Assembly (NCBI GenBank): GCA_024137785.1
Contig: JAHRHZ010000022.1
Span: 31,972,511-32,036,510 of the forward strand
Length of the DNA stretch: 64,000 bases
From: Ginglymostoma cirratum
Lineage: Eukaryota
Reading direction: 5' to 3'
How positions within the stretch are numbered: the first letter of the stretch is position 1; each line of letters starts with the position of its first letter. Shown here piece after piece: positions 13,361 through 27,185 of this stretch. The notes beneath the pieces were generated by a model that was not told the DNA's origin, ran no database searches, and was given only the letters and a program-made list of their open reading frames with translations. Position numbers and translations under genes: made by a program.

Positions 13361-13829
13361 CTAATAAAGGTATAACAGATATTTTATCATCATCCTCACC
13401 CTCCCTTGATCCTGTCTTTTCTCCCTGGTCACGCCTCCCATTTTCCTGGAATCACCTTCTCACTCTCTTTGCCACCTTTCATTCTTTGCTTCCATTTGCC
13501 CTGAACCTATCTTAACACCACCACCAGTGTGCAATTGCCAGATGGTGGAAGCTTCTTCCATCGTGAAGAGCCTGGGAATGCCCAACAAGTGTCTGTGACT
13601 TACTGGTCTCGTGGGAAAGAGGCCTGAAGCTCCATACACTACCGACACTGTTATTCCTGTTAGACTGTTGGTGCTAATATAAGCAAGCAATAATTCCCTC
13701 AGTGTTTTACAAAGTGTTTCTGCAATTGGACTGTGCAGTGCCCATGAAAACATTACATTTTCCTAAATTTACCACTAGTCCCAGACAGCCGCGATCTGTT
13801 CAGGTGTCAGACATCCACTACTTTAGTCT

Positions 13830-13925
13830 AGAGGTCTGTACCACTGAGCCCCGGGAGGCCCAGGTTCAAGTCCTCCCCGCTCTGAATGTGTGTGACAACA
13901 CTGCTGAACAGGTTGATTAAAAAGA
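13830..13925 (+). mobile_element. Short tRNA-like SINE
   Basis: B box GGTTCAAGTCC, tail ctgaacaggttgattaaaa. Confidence 0.55.
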
Positions 13926-14966
13926 TATCCACTTCTTTTGTCTACATCACAAATTGAGTTTCCTCACAATCCAGTTCTTCTTAAAAAAACTCCGCTAACT
14001 TTTGGTGATCTGTATACTCTTAAAATCCTGTTCCTGCAAGCCTATTTGTAAGCTGAGAGGTTTCTGTGAGTTGGCAGCAAAATGTGGCTCCTGTGATTTA
14101 CCTAGCAATAGAGGAAAATTGAACTTCCAATAGTGAGGGCATATTTTTGTTTTTAACCCCTGGAGTCTGTGGATGTAATGTGCTTCTGAGCCATTAGAGG
14201 TCTCCTATGTAATGTCCTCTGCTATCTTCAGGAAGTGTGTTCTCGTTCATGAATCTCTTCAGCCTGCACAGTACTCCCGCAGAGAGATTGCTCGATCATT
14301 AATAACATCTCTGTAAAAATTCTGTTTGAAATAGATCAGAGCACATTAAAACTTACGAAAAAAGTAGTAATGATAAAAAAGGTACATATGTAACGGCAGG
14401 AGAACCTTCACATAATACCACTGTGTACTGGTTAAGGAAGGACATAAATTAATGAACTAAAGATTCTGGGGAAACAAGTGTCAAATTCTGAAATGCTACT
14501 TTTTAAAAGTTGTTTCACTGAAAAACTCAGTTTGCCAGTGAATGCAAGTTCAAAAGAGACAGTGGGGAAGTGAAGAAATTGTGTTGGTGTCTTTTCAAAT
14601 CAAGTAAGGCAGCTGGCTGTTGCATTGGGAAATCCAAATAGAGCTGATCATGCTCATCAAATAGTTCTGTTGAGTTTAATGGAAATCAGCAATATGTTTT
14701 TGTGATTTTTTTTTCTGCTGGACCACATCATTCCTGTGAAGTTGAATACTTTTGTCAAGACCAGATAAACACGCCAATAAAGAGAAAAACTACGCTATTT
14801 TTAATCTATGCTACAATCGGCTGCTGGTGGTTTATATAATTCCTTTCACTTATCACATGATCAATGTTTAGCATGGGAGTCTCTTCCCAATACATACTGC
14901 AGTGTGTTGGGCTAGATTTGCTTTTGCGTGCTTAGCATTTTCGCCCATGTAGATTCAGTTACTTTT

Positions 14967-15707
14967 TAAAACAGGAACAAAAACCGCTGGAGAAACTCAG
15001 CAGTTTTGGCAGCATCTGTGGAGAAAAAGTAGAGTTAATGTTTTGAGTGCATGAACCTTCTTTGGAACTGACAGTAGCTCGGAAAAGATGGCATAAATGC
15101 TAAAGACAGGGGTGGGATGGGGGTGGTATAGTGATGGAAAAAGTGAGTGTATAGGCAGAGATAAAGTCCAGAGAGAGAGAATCATATTTAGGCAGGGAAA
15201 GGGATGGATGATAGTCTGCCAGAGAGAAAGAAAAGCTAGGGACCGTTAGTTGGATGTTCTGGAAGTAGCCAAATGTGATGATAGGGGCTGGGGTGTGGGT
15301 ATGGGACATGGAAGGGAGTGTTCAGGTCCTACAATTATTGAACTCAATATTGAGTCCTGAATGCTGCAGGATCCCTAAGCAGAAAATGAGGTGCTGATCT
15401 TCCAGCTTGTGCTGAGCTTTGCTGGAACACTGCTGCAAGTCCAAGACCGAGCTGTTGGCCAGGGAACAGGGTGGTGTGCTGAAATAGCAGGCAACTGGAT
15501 GTTTAGGGTCATTTTTACAGACAGAACATTGGTGTTTCACAAAGTGGTTGTACACTCTGAGTTTCATCTCCCCAGTATAGAGGAGACCACATTATGCAGT
15601 AGACTAGATTGACTGAAAGCACTACTTCACTTGCAAGGTGTGTCTGGAGCCTTGGTTAGTGAAGAGGGAGGAGGAAAACAGATAGGAGTTGCACCTTCTG
15701 CAATTGC
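14967..15707 (-). mobile_element. Penelope-like element 3' part: GIY-YIG endonuclease remnant plus pLTR with decayed hammerhead
   Basis: Minus translation NLVYCI…LLYTGE…HPVACYF…LIFCLGILQHSGLNIEF is a PLE GIY-YIG domain; decayed hammerhead core near 15030-15070. Confidence 0.85.
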
Positions 15708-16266
15708 ACTACAAACCCACTGACACCTCCAGTTATCTTTACTATACATTTTCACACCTTGTTTCCTGTAAAGACTCCATTCCATTCTCCCATTTTCTGC
15801 AACTTTATCACATCTGTTCTGATGGTACCACCTTCCGCAGGCAGGTCTGAGAAATGTCTAGCTTTTTACTTAATCAAGAATTCTCCGTCAATGTGGTTGA
15901 TAGGGCTGTTAGCTGTGGCCAAATCATGTCCTGCACTTCTGCCTTCACCCTTTTTCTTCCCTCCCAGAACAGCAATAGGGTCCCTCTTGTCCTCACCTAC
16001 CATGCCATCAGCATTCACATCCAAAGGATCATTATCCACCATTTCTGCCACCTCCAGTGGGATGCCACAACCAGACGTCTTCCCGTTTCCTGCCTTGTCA
16101 GCCTTCCCCAGGGGTTGTTTGCTCCGGAACACACTGGTTCTCTCATCCTTCACTCCCAACACTTCCACATACCCCAGAGTACCTTCATGAAGCCACAGGA
16201 GGCATAACACCTGCCCATTTACCTCCTCCTTCTTCACTATCCAAGGTTCCAGACCTTCCAGGTGAA
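15708..16266 (+). mobile_element. Penelope-like element RT-thumb/linker fragment, inverted relative to the adjacent piece
   Basis: YKPTDTSSYL…KDSIPFSHFLQL..ICSD and RVPLVLTYH motifs typical of PLE RT C-terminus. Confidence 0.8.
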
Positions 16267-18726
16267 TCTTTTTGCATATTTCCTCCCTCCTCCCAGTTGA
16301 TCTCTGAGGAGGAGTCAGAACTGGCTAGACATTGTTGCCTGCCTGAAATTGTACCAGTTCAACCCATGGATGATAGGGGGACACCTATACTTTGCAAGCC
16401 CTTTGGTATAGTGACCTTAAAGGCACCCCTACAACTTCTCAGAAGTGTATAACTTTCAAATAAATTGATATGTTAATGTTTGCACAAGAATGATGTGGTA
16501 CAGAAATACATCAATAGTGAACTGAGATTATTCAGCCTTGTGATGCTGATGATATGAATGGCTGTTAGATTTTGTTGCATCAGTTCCTTTGCATTTCTCA
16601 ACTTCCTGCTTATGAATGAGTCTAAGCGCTTTCCTAACTAATGAGAAAGTATTCCCTTAAGAGCCAACTATCAAATGGGGAAGCCGCTAGTCTGAACACT
16701 ATATAAGTAGTCTGTCCTAATTCATGATGGCATTGCTGGAGGTCACCATTCCCCATTTCCCATTGAGCAATGTGAGCAGACTGTCACGGGAATTTGAGAT
16801 CGAGAGCCAGAAGTGTATTAGCTGTGTGGGCCTTACTTTCAATGGGATGCAGTTGTTGGTTGGAGACACAGGCTTTATGATTGGTATTAATCCTTCCAAT
16901 CTTACTTTTGCTTCTGACACGAACCCATCAGCTGGACAAAAGGCATAAATTACACCAAACTGAGCAGCCCCCAGTTCTACCCATCTCAATTTACTTGCTG
17001 CATCATGAGCATCTTCTGAAGCCCAGAGGATTTGGACATTGATTCATGCAATTCATTTCCGGACATCTACGACAAGTATGTCTTCCCTTCTCCATAATCA
17101 AAGCTTTCTGAATTCTTCCTCCTGAATAAAACAAGATAACTTCATCAAATGGGGCGAGTTGACCAAAATTAGAGACCTCCACCTATTTCATATCTCTACT
17201 ATCAGAGTCAAAAATCAAGACCTGATCACTTGGCTGACAGAAATTCATTGTGCAGTTTGTTCTCATTCCCGACATAATATTTATGTGTAATCTATTTAGC
17301 ACTAATATTTCATCATTCTTGGCTGAGACCAGTGCGGGGCTGTTACTAGGTTATTTTAGAAAAGAAACAGTGCGATTGGAAATTCAGATGTGTCAGGGAT
17401 GGATAGATGCATTCCGACATATTGGATGGAGAAAGCCCCAGAAAAACAGTCTCACAGTGTTTAGATATTCCGTTCACCAGTCTGAAGTTCAAATTATTAT
17501 TGTGATTTCACAATTACAGTGTCAATTTGTTACTCCTGCTTAACTGAAGTCATCACTTCGTAGTCTTCCATACATGCTTGGAAAACATATGCCAAGTTTC
17601 TGGGTACATCTGCCCAAGTCATAAACTGGAATTAAGAAACAGCAAAACCTGGTTCATTATATCTCAAGTGTATCTCAATATTGTCATTTTAGAATGGCTT
17701 AAACAAGGAACAATGGTTGCTTTCATTTGTAAATTTTCTGAACCCAAACAACTTCATGCCTACAGTTTTGATATTGCACATTTTAAGTATTGCCCAAATT
17801 AAATAATTGTTTGGCATTTGTGCCTTAAATTATGGTCAGTATGAAGCAGCACAAAATAAAATTCAGTTCTATACTTAAAAGTGCAACAATGATCATGGTA
17901 AGCTTAATGTAACGTATGATTAATTTGACAGGATGTTTTATGTCCAAATCAAGGCTGTTGAGAAATGAGAGGGAGTACAAGGGTTGAGGAGGATCAGTAA
18001 TGTCCATCCTAGCTGCTTGGGCAAGCAAGTGCTACAGATACATCTAGAGTACTACGGGCTCCCACTAACCCATGCGAATAAGGTACCTTCCCAACCAACA
18101 GCCCACATACACTCTTACAGCTTCAGCAGTAAGGGATAGCAGCTAATATCCCCTCTAAGATCTATGCATACAGAGCCATGCAGCAATCCACAGCATGTTG
18201 CACTGAGCAAAAAACAGGCCACTCATCACCACCATTACCTTTAGTGTCTGCAAACAGGGGGCAGCAGCAAAAGCTGCAGGTGCACAAGGAAGAAACATTC
18301 AAGGGAACATTGGCATCAAATGTGCCCAACTTATTTGAAATCAACCAATTTCCTTTGCAATATGTTGTGTCATAGTGATAATGCCCAAAGTAAGTAAGTT
18401 TAAAATAGTCTCTATTCTTGTTCAAAAACTACTACCTTTGAGTATTCAATTGCCAGGTTTTTCTATTGAGTTTTCTTTAAACTCGTGTGATGAATTTTAT
18501 TAGAAGTGTTTGAAAAGGCAAAGCAATAAATAGTTTATTGAAAATAAGCTTCATTTGTGATTTCATTGCTGCAAAATTCTGCTCTTTATCGTAGGGCTAT
18601 GTATAATCATTTGTTCTGATCAGCTTTCTGAAATTCCTATAGCAAATGCTAGTAGGAAGTAAACAGCAATGTCAATGGGCTGTTTTTGTTTTCTTTTCTT
18701 GTTGTTATTCCTCTCCAAAACATGTA

Positions 18727-19997
18727 TGGGCAAAATTTTATGGGATACAGTGAGATTTGTGGCAGAATTGTAGAAGAAGTCCAATAAGGCCAACCCCAAC
18801 ATTGGGAGCATCTTGCACTTTTTTTTCATGCTTTGGCCAAGTGGCAAGATGAGTTGCCAATAATGGGGAATTATTAGTTGTTAAATGCCTTGTTAATGAC
18901 CAACTTGCCTCATTAATATTCAGCTTGCTATTTTACCAAATGTGCCAAACAAGCTAGACATCGAGAAATCGCAACATGGAGATCAGAGCGATTCCTGGTG
19001 ACATTGATTCTCCTACAGCTCTAAATGACCTCCATGTTGCTCAGTGAGCATTAACATCTGAGAGTTTGCTCCTTGGGCACCATCCATGCACGCTTTGTCC
19101 ATGGAATTGGCACTGAAAATGTGCCAGTCTCTAAGATCCGTTTTGGCATGTTTCTGATCCATTTACCGCACAATTCACCACCTTCTAATTTGGCTCTTTC
19201 TTCTCTGTTGGAGGCTGTTGCCTTCTGGAGTAAGAGAGAGGTGGGTATTAAGGGAGGTAAAAGTGTGTGGCACAGCTGTTACTTTTGGTGCAGGTTGGGA
19301 GGTGTCTAGAGTGAGTGAGTAGGCAGCGCAGAGGGTAGGCAGAGTTAGTAGTGTTGGGGTTGAGTTGGTAAGAGTGAGTGAGGAAAGATGTTGCAGGTGA
19401 TAGTGAGAGCATGAGCCTTGGTGGAAGGTTGTTGTAGAAGCAGAAAATGAATGAGTGTGATGTATCAGATTGTAAATGTCACTATCTTCACTGATTGAGT
19501 GGAAAACAATGATGTTCTTTTTTCCAACATTGCTGGCATTCTTCCAGATGGCTGAGATGGCTCTAACCTAAGTGAAAAACCTCAGACAAGGCTGACATGG
19601 TCTGGTGCTGTGGCTTCCACTGTTGGGGAAAAGAATGTTCCACCTGTGGACCACTCTGTCCACCAGTATCCTACCCACAAAACAAGGTACTAATTTCCCC
19701 CTGCAATGCCATGCACATTTCTATGTCTGGAACTATTCAAGGCAGCTCCCAACTCTCAGTGTTGTCCTGGAGCACCTTGGGCATTTAAAAATGGTATTAG
19801 AGCAATGGACGTTGCTTAATTCTAGGATATTCAGGCAGCAATGTGTTGTTCTGGGAATGTGTGGTAAGATAGGTCAGATCATATGTAAGGGACATCATAG
19901 GATGTGTGATGGGTAGTTAATGAGGCAAGTAAGGTACAGCAAGAAAACTTATGAGGCCTTCCGGTGTAACTTGCACTCCACCAAAAATTTCATACCA
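18727..19997 (-). mobile_element. Decayed non-autonomous PIF/Harbinger element with Myb/SANT ORF relic
   Basis: 19360-19800 parallels 24540-24970 (Myb/SANT relic); ends gggcaaaattt / aaaatttcatacc are weak TIR-like motifs. Confidence 0.5.
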
Positions 19998-20234
19998 CAA
20001 TTCTTTTTGCTCATTGATATAATAGTCAAAGTTTGAGTATATTGTTGAGGACTAAATAGAAAATTCAACCAAAGTGTTACGTTTCTGTTCCTGGTACCTT
20101 GTGATAAGTGGAAGAGATTTTCTTTTTTCTTATAACTGTCGTGGTCCAACTTCAAATGAGCTTATACAACATAAACTAAATTATTAGGTGGACAGGTCTA
20201 TAACTCAAATTTTCACACAGTAACACTAGGATAG

Positions 20235-20350
20235 AGGAATAATATAGACATGGGAAACACAGTTGATGTAATTTATCTAGATTTCCAAAAGGCCTCTGAT
20301 AAGTTGTCACATAATAGACAAGTGAATAAGGTCTGCATATGTGGAGTTAG
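20235..20350 (+). mobile_element. CR1 reverse transcriptase fragment
   Basis: GNTVDVIYLDFQKASDKLSH matches the CR1 VD.IYLDF.KAFDKV.H motif. Confidence 0.8.
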
Positions 20351-20823
20351 TAGTGGAATGCTATGTGAACCTGAGCTCTGTATGAAAAGACAAAAATCTC
20401 TGGAAAGTCATACATGCACTGGGTATGCATTTTGGAAAGTGCATAAGGACGAGTATTGGGTTTTCCTGAGCTCTCATGGAAACCTAGCCCATAACCTGTA
20501 CAATGAGAAGCATTTTTTCCATCACAGATCAAGTGCATCACATCTTTAAACTCTTGCACACCTCACATACATCGTGTATTCATTGGGTGAGAAATAGAAA
20601 CTGACTCAATGCTGATTTGACTCAATATCCAATTGACCAAGTGCAGAGCAATTAAAAAGCAATTCCCTTCACATGCAATAAACTTTCTAGTTAATAATGA
20701 GCAAGTGCACAAAAACACTCAATAATATTTCTGAACTAGTTCCTAATATATCATATGCTCTTTGTATTCCAGAATTTGCTCCTTCACTCAATTCAGCGGA
20801 AAGAGTAACGTTCAGAACTTTTT

Positions 20824-20954
20824 GAGATAGCAAGAACTGCAGATGCTGGAGTCAGAGATAACAAAGTGTTGAGCATCAGAGGAACACAGCAGGCCAGTCC
20901 TGTTCCTCTGAGGCTGCCTGTCCTGCTGTGTTCCTCCAGCTCTACACTTTGTTA
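20824..20954. mobile_element. Fold-back PLE pLTR mini-insertion
   Basis: Minus arm 20824-20897, plus arm 20898-20954; flanked by ttcagaacttt (20811) and ttcagagcttt (20955), a probable TSD. Confidence 0.8.
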
Positions 20955-21589
20955 TTCAGAGCTTTCTGTCTTCTAGGTAATTGGTCCCATGTGCAGCGGG
21001 CAGTTTATCAGGGAATCAGGGGTCTGTTGCCTGTGTTCAGATATCTTAATAGGAGGAAAATTGCAGGCAAAGCATCAGATTTTCTAATAAAACTCCAACT
21101 ATGTGAGAACCCTGTGGAACACTCAAACAGTACTTCCAACACAACAAACAAAATGCCAGTACAATTCTGCCATTTGTCATATAATATTAGAAACAATGGC
21201 AAGAAGGTTCAGCTGCTTAGACCTGATGTCCAGGCCTTGGCTTGAGCTAGAAATTTGACAAACGTCTTAAATGCTGATAAACTCAATTTATGTCTATCTG
21301 TCAAGAGACGGTTGGTACCATGGAAAATCACCTTGATCTGTGGAACATTAATACCCAAAACTCTTCTTCAAATGACACAACCACTTGATTACAAGGTAGA
21401 AAAAAACAGTGTCCCAAACACTGATGACAAACTCCTTGGAAGAGAGCTACATTATGGGACTTTGAAACCTCATCATATGAACTGAAAGCCGGAGAATATT
21501 CTTATAACTTGTTTTAGCTGACAACTGACCAAAAGAATACATTATACAATGGCATTTTGAGGAAGGGGTATCTAAAATCAAAGTTTATT

Positions 21590-22555
21590 TTCTTCTAGAT
21601 GGTAGTAGTCTCAGGTTTGGCAGGTGCTGACTTCTGAGTTGGTCAGATAGTACACACTGGTACTATGGACCATCTGTAATGGAGGGAGTGAATCTGGTGC
21701 CAAACAAATGGGCTGCTTTGTTCTGGATGGCGTCAAGCTCTTGAGTGTTGTTGGAGCTACACCCATCCAGGCAAGTGGGGAATACTCCATTGTCGTCCTG
21801 ACTTATATCTTGTAAATGGTAAACAAGCTTTGGGGAGTCGGGAGGAGAGTTATTTACTGCAGGATTCTTAGACTTTGACCTGCTCTTGTAGCCACAGTAT
21901 TAATATGGCTCGTCCACTTCAGTTTCTGGTCATTAGTAGCAGGGGATTGAGTATCAATAACACTATTGAATGTCAAGCAGTGATTGTTAGATTCTCTCTG
22001 GTTTAAGGTGGTCATATTCTGGCACTTGTGTGGTGACAATGTTACTTCCCACCTGTCAGCCAGGTCTTTCTGCTTTTGGACACAGGCTGTGTCAGTGCTT
22101 CAGGAGATGAAAATGGTCCTGCACATTGTGAAAATATTGGTAAACCTCCATGCTCCTTACCTTATGATGGAGGGAAGGTCATGATGAAGTGGTTAATTCC
22201 TGGAGATATGTCCACGTGCTGAGATGACAGACCTCCACAACCATCGTCCTTTGCCCATGACTCCATTCAGTGAAGGGATTTCCCCTGATGTAGTCTCCTT
22301 TTACTGAGTCAAATTTGGCCTTTGTTCGACCTCTCACCTCTGCTCTGGAGTTCAGCTCTCATATCCAAGCTTGAACCAAGGCTGGAATGTGCTTGGGAGC
22401 TGAGTGGCCCTGGTGGAACCCAAACTGAGTATCAATGAGTAGGTTATTGCTGAGCAGATGCTGCATGATAACACTTTTGATGACTACTTTCATCATTTTG
22501 CTGATGATTGATGGTTGGCTGATGGGCAGTAATAGACCAGGTTGGCTTTGGACCT
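21590..22555 (-). mobile_element. CR1-group non-LTR LINE RT fragment
   Basis: Minus translation DQKLKWTSHINTVATRAGQSLRIL; same family as 55860-56485. Confidence 0.75.
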
Positions 22556-22557
22556 AA

Positions 22558-23840
22558 AATCATAAGGAAGTAGGCCATTTGTCCCATCAAATCTGCTGTG
22601 TCACTCAATGAGATCATTGATGGTCTGATAATCCTCAAGTTCATTTCCTGCCTTTTCCCATATTATCTGATTCCCTCACAGATTCAAAATCTGTCTGTCT
22701 CAGCCTTGAATTTACTAATGACTCAGCCTCCACAGCCCTTTTTGATTCAGCCCTTTCCACAGATTCACTACCGTCTGAAAGAAGAAATTTCTCCTAATGT
22801 CTGTCTTAAATGGGTAACCCCTTACTCTGAAATTTTTCCCTCCGGTCCTAGACTCTCCCACAAGAGGATACAACTTCTCCACTTCTATCTTATCAAGTCA
22901 TCTTTTTTGTTTCAATAAGGTCACCTCTCAATCTTCAAAGCACCGATGAGTACAAACCCAATCTACTCAACCTCTCCTCATTAGACAATCTGTACATACC
23001 CAGGGTCAACTGCGTGAACCTTCTCTGGACTGTGTCCAATGCTAGTATATTGTTTTTTAAATAAGGGACCAAAACTGTTCACGATATTCCATGTGTGGTT
23101 TGATTAGTACTTTGAATAGTTTTAGCACAACCCTACTATTTTTGTACTCCTTTCCCTTTGAAATAAATGATAGTAGTCCATTTGCCTTCCCAATTACCTG
23201 CTGACCTTGGATTAGCTCTTTGAGATTCATGCACGAGGAGACACAAATCCTACTGTACTTCAGCTTTTGTGGCCTTTCCACATATAAATAATATCCAGCT
23301 CTTCTTTTCTTCCTGCCAAAATACATAGAATATAATGTGGGGAAAATGTGAGGCTATCTGTCAAAATTTTTCTCACTTGCTTTCCCTGACTATATCCTTC
23401 TGTATAACCCTTGTGTCATCATCACTACCAACATTCCCATCAATTTTTGTGTCATCCACAAACTTGTTGGTAGTGCATTCACTCCCATCACCCCAAGTCA
23501 TTAATATACATACTGTAAATAATTGTGGCCCCAGCACCAATCCCTGTGGCACTCCACTAGTTACAGGTTGCCAACCTGAAATGCCCTCTTCATCCCATCT
23601 CTTTGTCTTCTATTAGTGAACTAATCCTCTATCCATGCTAAGATACTACCTACAACACCATGTGCTCTTACCTTATTAAGTAACATCAATTGCAAATCCA
23701 AATTCATAGTATTTACTGGTTCTCCTTTATCTATCTTACTTGTTACCTCCTCAAAGAATTCTAATAAATTTGTGATGCAGATTTCCCCTTCGTGAAGCTA
23801 CACTGATTCTACTTGGTTAAATCATGCATTTCTAAATTAT
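22558..23840 (-). mobile_element. CR1 LINE, 3' 1.3 kb, abutting the previous LINE
   Basis: QVIGKANGLLSFISKG…LIKPHMEYREQFWS; 3' tail at ~22560. Confidence 0.85.
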
Positions 23841-23899
23841 TTGCTATTCAATCCTTCAGAGTAAATTAAAATTTGCTTTCTTAACGTCACTTGCTTAAC

Positions 23900-25170
23900 G
23901 TCTAGCCTTGCTCTGCCTTGCCTTTTAGAACTTTTTCCCCTCAGCCAGAGCTAATAATCCTACACTTCTTCTGTCTTGATATGCCTTTTACTGTAGCCAC
24001 AAAGCCAGGAAACTTGTCACAGTTGTAGCAGTCATTAGTCAAGGGGTTGGACATGTTGCTGTGTGACACTGTGCTGAGTCAACTCTTGGATCGTGTGCCA
24101 GCTGTGTATGTGGCAAACGTGTATGAAGCAAACATGCTTCAAGCAAAAAGCCATATTTTAAAGTCTCACAGGAGTAGTCCTCGCTCAAGTCAAGGGAGAC
24201 GCCATTCTGTCAGGGGTTCTGGTACAGTACATCAAGGGCAGTTTCTGATATCAGTCCAGTGGTTAGGGTATGGTCAGTTAGCCACTCAGGGCAGTCAAGG
24301 ACAGGATCCTCGACTCTTGGAGGGTGAAGAGCTCAATGTTGAACACCCCACTTCCAGTCTTGTCACTTTCTGCCCTGTTTTGGGTTATTTTATCCTGGAA
24401 TGAAAGAAAAGGAGGGCTGGTGTGTGAGGAAAGTGGTGGCAAAGTTGTTAATGCTGGCACAGGTGTGATAAAGGTGGCGAAGTGTCTGCACTGAGTGAGT
24501 GAGAGACCTTACAGGGTTAGTGTTGTGTGGGGATTGGGTGGGTAAAAGTGAGTGAGGAAAGATGTTGCATGCAATGGCGAGAGTGGTAGAGTATGAGCCT
24601 TGATGGGAGATGGGTGCAGTAGTAGAGTGCAGAAAGAAGGTGGTAGCATTCATTGCGGTGGGTCATTGATCTTCTTCCTACAATACTGGAGGATCCTTCC
24701 AGATGGCTAAGACTGCATTGATCTGGATGGCAGCCTCATTCTAGGTTGGTAGGATCGAGTGTAGTAGCCTACTGTGCTGATCTTGTGGGGACAAGAAGTC
24801 ATGCCTCTGCACCACCCTATCCAGACAGAACTTGAGGTCCCTGCCTGCAAAGGAGGGCATGAATTTCCCCTTCTCTGCCATGTGCAGGCCAATTGTCACA
24901 AACTGTGCAGGGCAGCTCCAGATAGCCACTGCTTGACCAGGTGCACAATGGGCTTTTAAAGATGGTGCTTGCAACAAGGAGATGCAATACCCTGGTGGTA
25001 GTGGTGGTGAGTACGTGCACTTGTAGTGAGTGAGAGAATCGGGCTCGGATTGGATGAGAGAGGAACCATAGGGTTAATGTGGTGGGTTTAGGACAATAAT
25101 GCAAGAAAACCCAATAAGTCTTGTAGAGTGAAACACTCCGTGAAATTTGACAAAAATTACACTTTACCAA
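23900..25170 (-). mobile_element. Decayed PIF/Harbinger element, Myb/SANT ORF relic
   Basis: MAEKGKFMPSFAGRDLKFCLDRVVQRHDFLSPQD resembles the N-terminus of Harbinger Myb/SANT proteins. Confidence 0.55.
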
Positions 25171-26119
25171 AATATGATGAGATTCATCCTTATTTCTTTT
25201 ACTGGCAATAAGATGTACTATAATTTGCTTTGGGTAAATTATTTGGTGGATTGCTTTGGTACACTTGCAGTTTTGCAGCAATGAATGAAATATTACATTC
25301 TACTGGGACCCCAGTAAAAATCCAAAACTGCTCCCAAGGTCCCTGACTGTCAGTGAGCAATGCCACAGGAGATATTAGATTACTGGCGGTAGCTACACAG
25401 TACCAATTCAAACTATACCCCTGTGGGGCAGTGAACTGCCAGCAAGAGGCTTGAATAGTTTCTGAAAATTGTCAGAACCCTTCAGATTGAATAGCTGCTT
25501 TAGCCTAAATCTTATTAACTCTCTATCAAACATTGCCAATGGTGGGGTTAAAATTGCTGTCCATTATTTATGCACAAATGTCACAGCAATTTCAGGTAAA
25601 AGCAGATGTGCAGTTGTGTGGTCATCAAAACAAATTGCTTTCCCAAATGTTCTGCTCTGTTATTCACTTTGTGAAAGTGACATTTTGCTGACTGTCTCCC
25701 CCTTCATATCTGTGAAATGACATTTGTTTCCTGCACAGTAGATATGAACTAAATTCACCATATTTATCTTTACATTTTCTCTGTGTTTCTTGCTGTCTTA
25801 ATCCAACCTTACTTTCTATCCACTTTACATTCTTTCAGACTATTTTATGCGAAATTGAATTGAGACATTCTATTTTCACACGTTCGAACTAAGAACTTGC
25901 ATTGCTAATTTCACAATTCTTGGGATAGCTGAATGAGATACCAAGTTTCTTGCCTGGTTCCTGCAGATCACAGATGCCCTGTAGAGGCCACTGCACCATC
26001 TCTATCTCACACTCCTGGCAATTTCCATTGCAAGATAGCATTTAGATTAAATGGAAAACGGCAATTCTAACTAACTGCAGATGTCAATTGTTCACCGACC
26101 ACTACAGCATTTGGGTAAT

Positions 26120-26320
26120 ATCCAGTGCAGAATGTCTTCTCTTTCAGTAGTCTGTCTGAAGACAGGTCTGACGCATTGTGTCACGATCTCCACCATGGTT
26201 AGGCTAAAGAAATCCACCCTAACAAATCCACCCCAGTTGGAGCAGGGATTGAACTATATTCTGTTAGCACGATTCTGATCCATACTGGCCATTCAGCCAA
26301 CTGAACCAGCTAGTACCCAA
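26120..26320 (-). mobile_element. Old tRNA-derived SINE
   Basis: gggattgaac (inverse B box) and cagccaactga (inverse A-box region). Confidence 0.45.
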
Positions 26321-26589
26321 GTCTGAGTTGATGTGACAATATACACCCTAACATGTATATTGTAACTTGGAGCTATGGATAGGTTCTTTCCATCACATGG
26401 CTGATCAGGAATCTCTCTTGCTTTTACCATTGGCACATTTTTGAAGGATTTGTAAGTTAGCAATCTGTTTTACTATGTTATGAATGTACTTTCCTCGCTC
26501 AACAAGCTCTAGAGTTGGACTTGAACCGAAAGCTTCAGGTCAGAGGCAGGAATGTTACTCACCGCATCACGAGATTTGTAGACTGCCAT

Positions 26590-27185
26590 GCAAACATTTG
26601 AATTAGGTGCAGAAGTAGATAGGGCTAGTAGCCCTTTTAGCCTCCTTGTTAGTCAATAAGATCACAGTCAATCTGTTTCAAAATCCGTATTCTCATCCAC
26701 TCCTTGATTCTCCTGCCTAACAAAAATCTACTTACCTCCAGCTGAAAATAAATTCACCAACTTCACTCTAAAAACATTCGGTGACCCCGCCTCCACCTAT
26801 TTCTGAGGCAGAGAATTCCAAGGTTGCATAACTAGCATTAGAAAATGTTACAAATACTTTGACACTAAAATATACATGTGGTAGAATACTAAGGACTACC
26901 TATCTGTTGTCCTAATGAATCAAATATTTAAAAAACCAAATACAAATGGCAAAATAAATTAAGAACAAAGAAACAGGAGGAGAAGATTGCATAATGAGCA
27001 GAATCACCCAGTGGTTGATTTTGACCTCAACTCTATTTTTTCACCCCAAATTACCCTGAAAGAATCTATTTCAGCCTTAAAACTATTCCATTATGGAGCA
27101 TCCAAAAACCTCAGCACTCAAGAATTCCAAAATTTCACAATGCTTCAAGTGAGGAAATTACTCCTTGTTGCGGTTCTAAATGGCA
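26590..27185 (-). mobile_element. Two decayed CR1 3' fragments
   Basis: ggcagagaattccaagg and caagaattccaaaatttcac…gaggaaatt are CR1 3' motifs in antisense. Confidence 0.55.

Noticed and set aside
21445-21515. Kinase-like LHYGTLKPH / N*KPENILIT
   Set aside because: In-frame stops, no flanking kinase subdomains and no splice sites; probably chance
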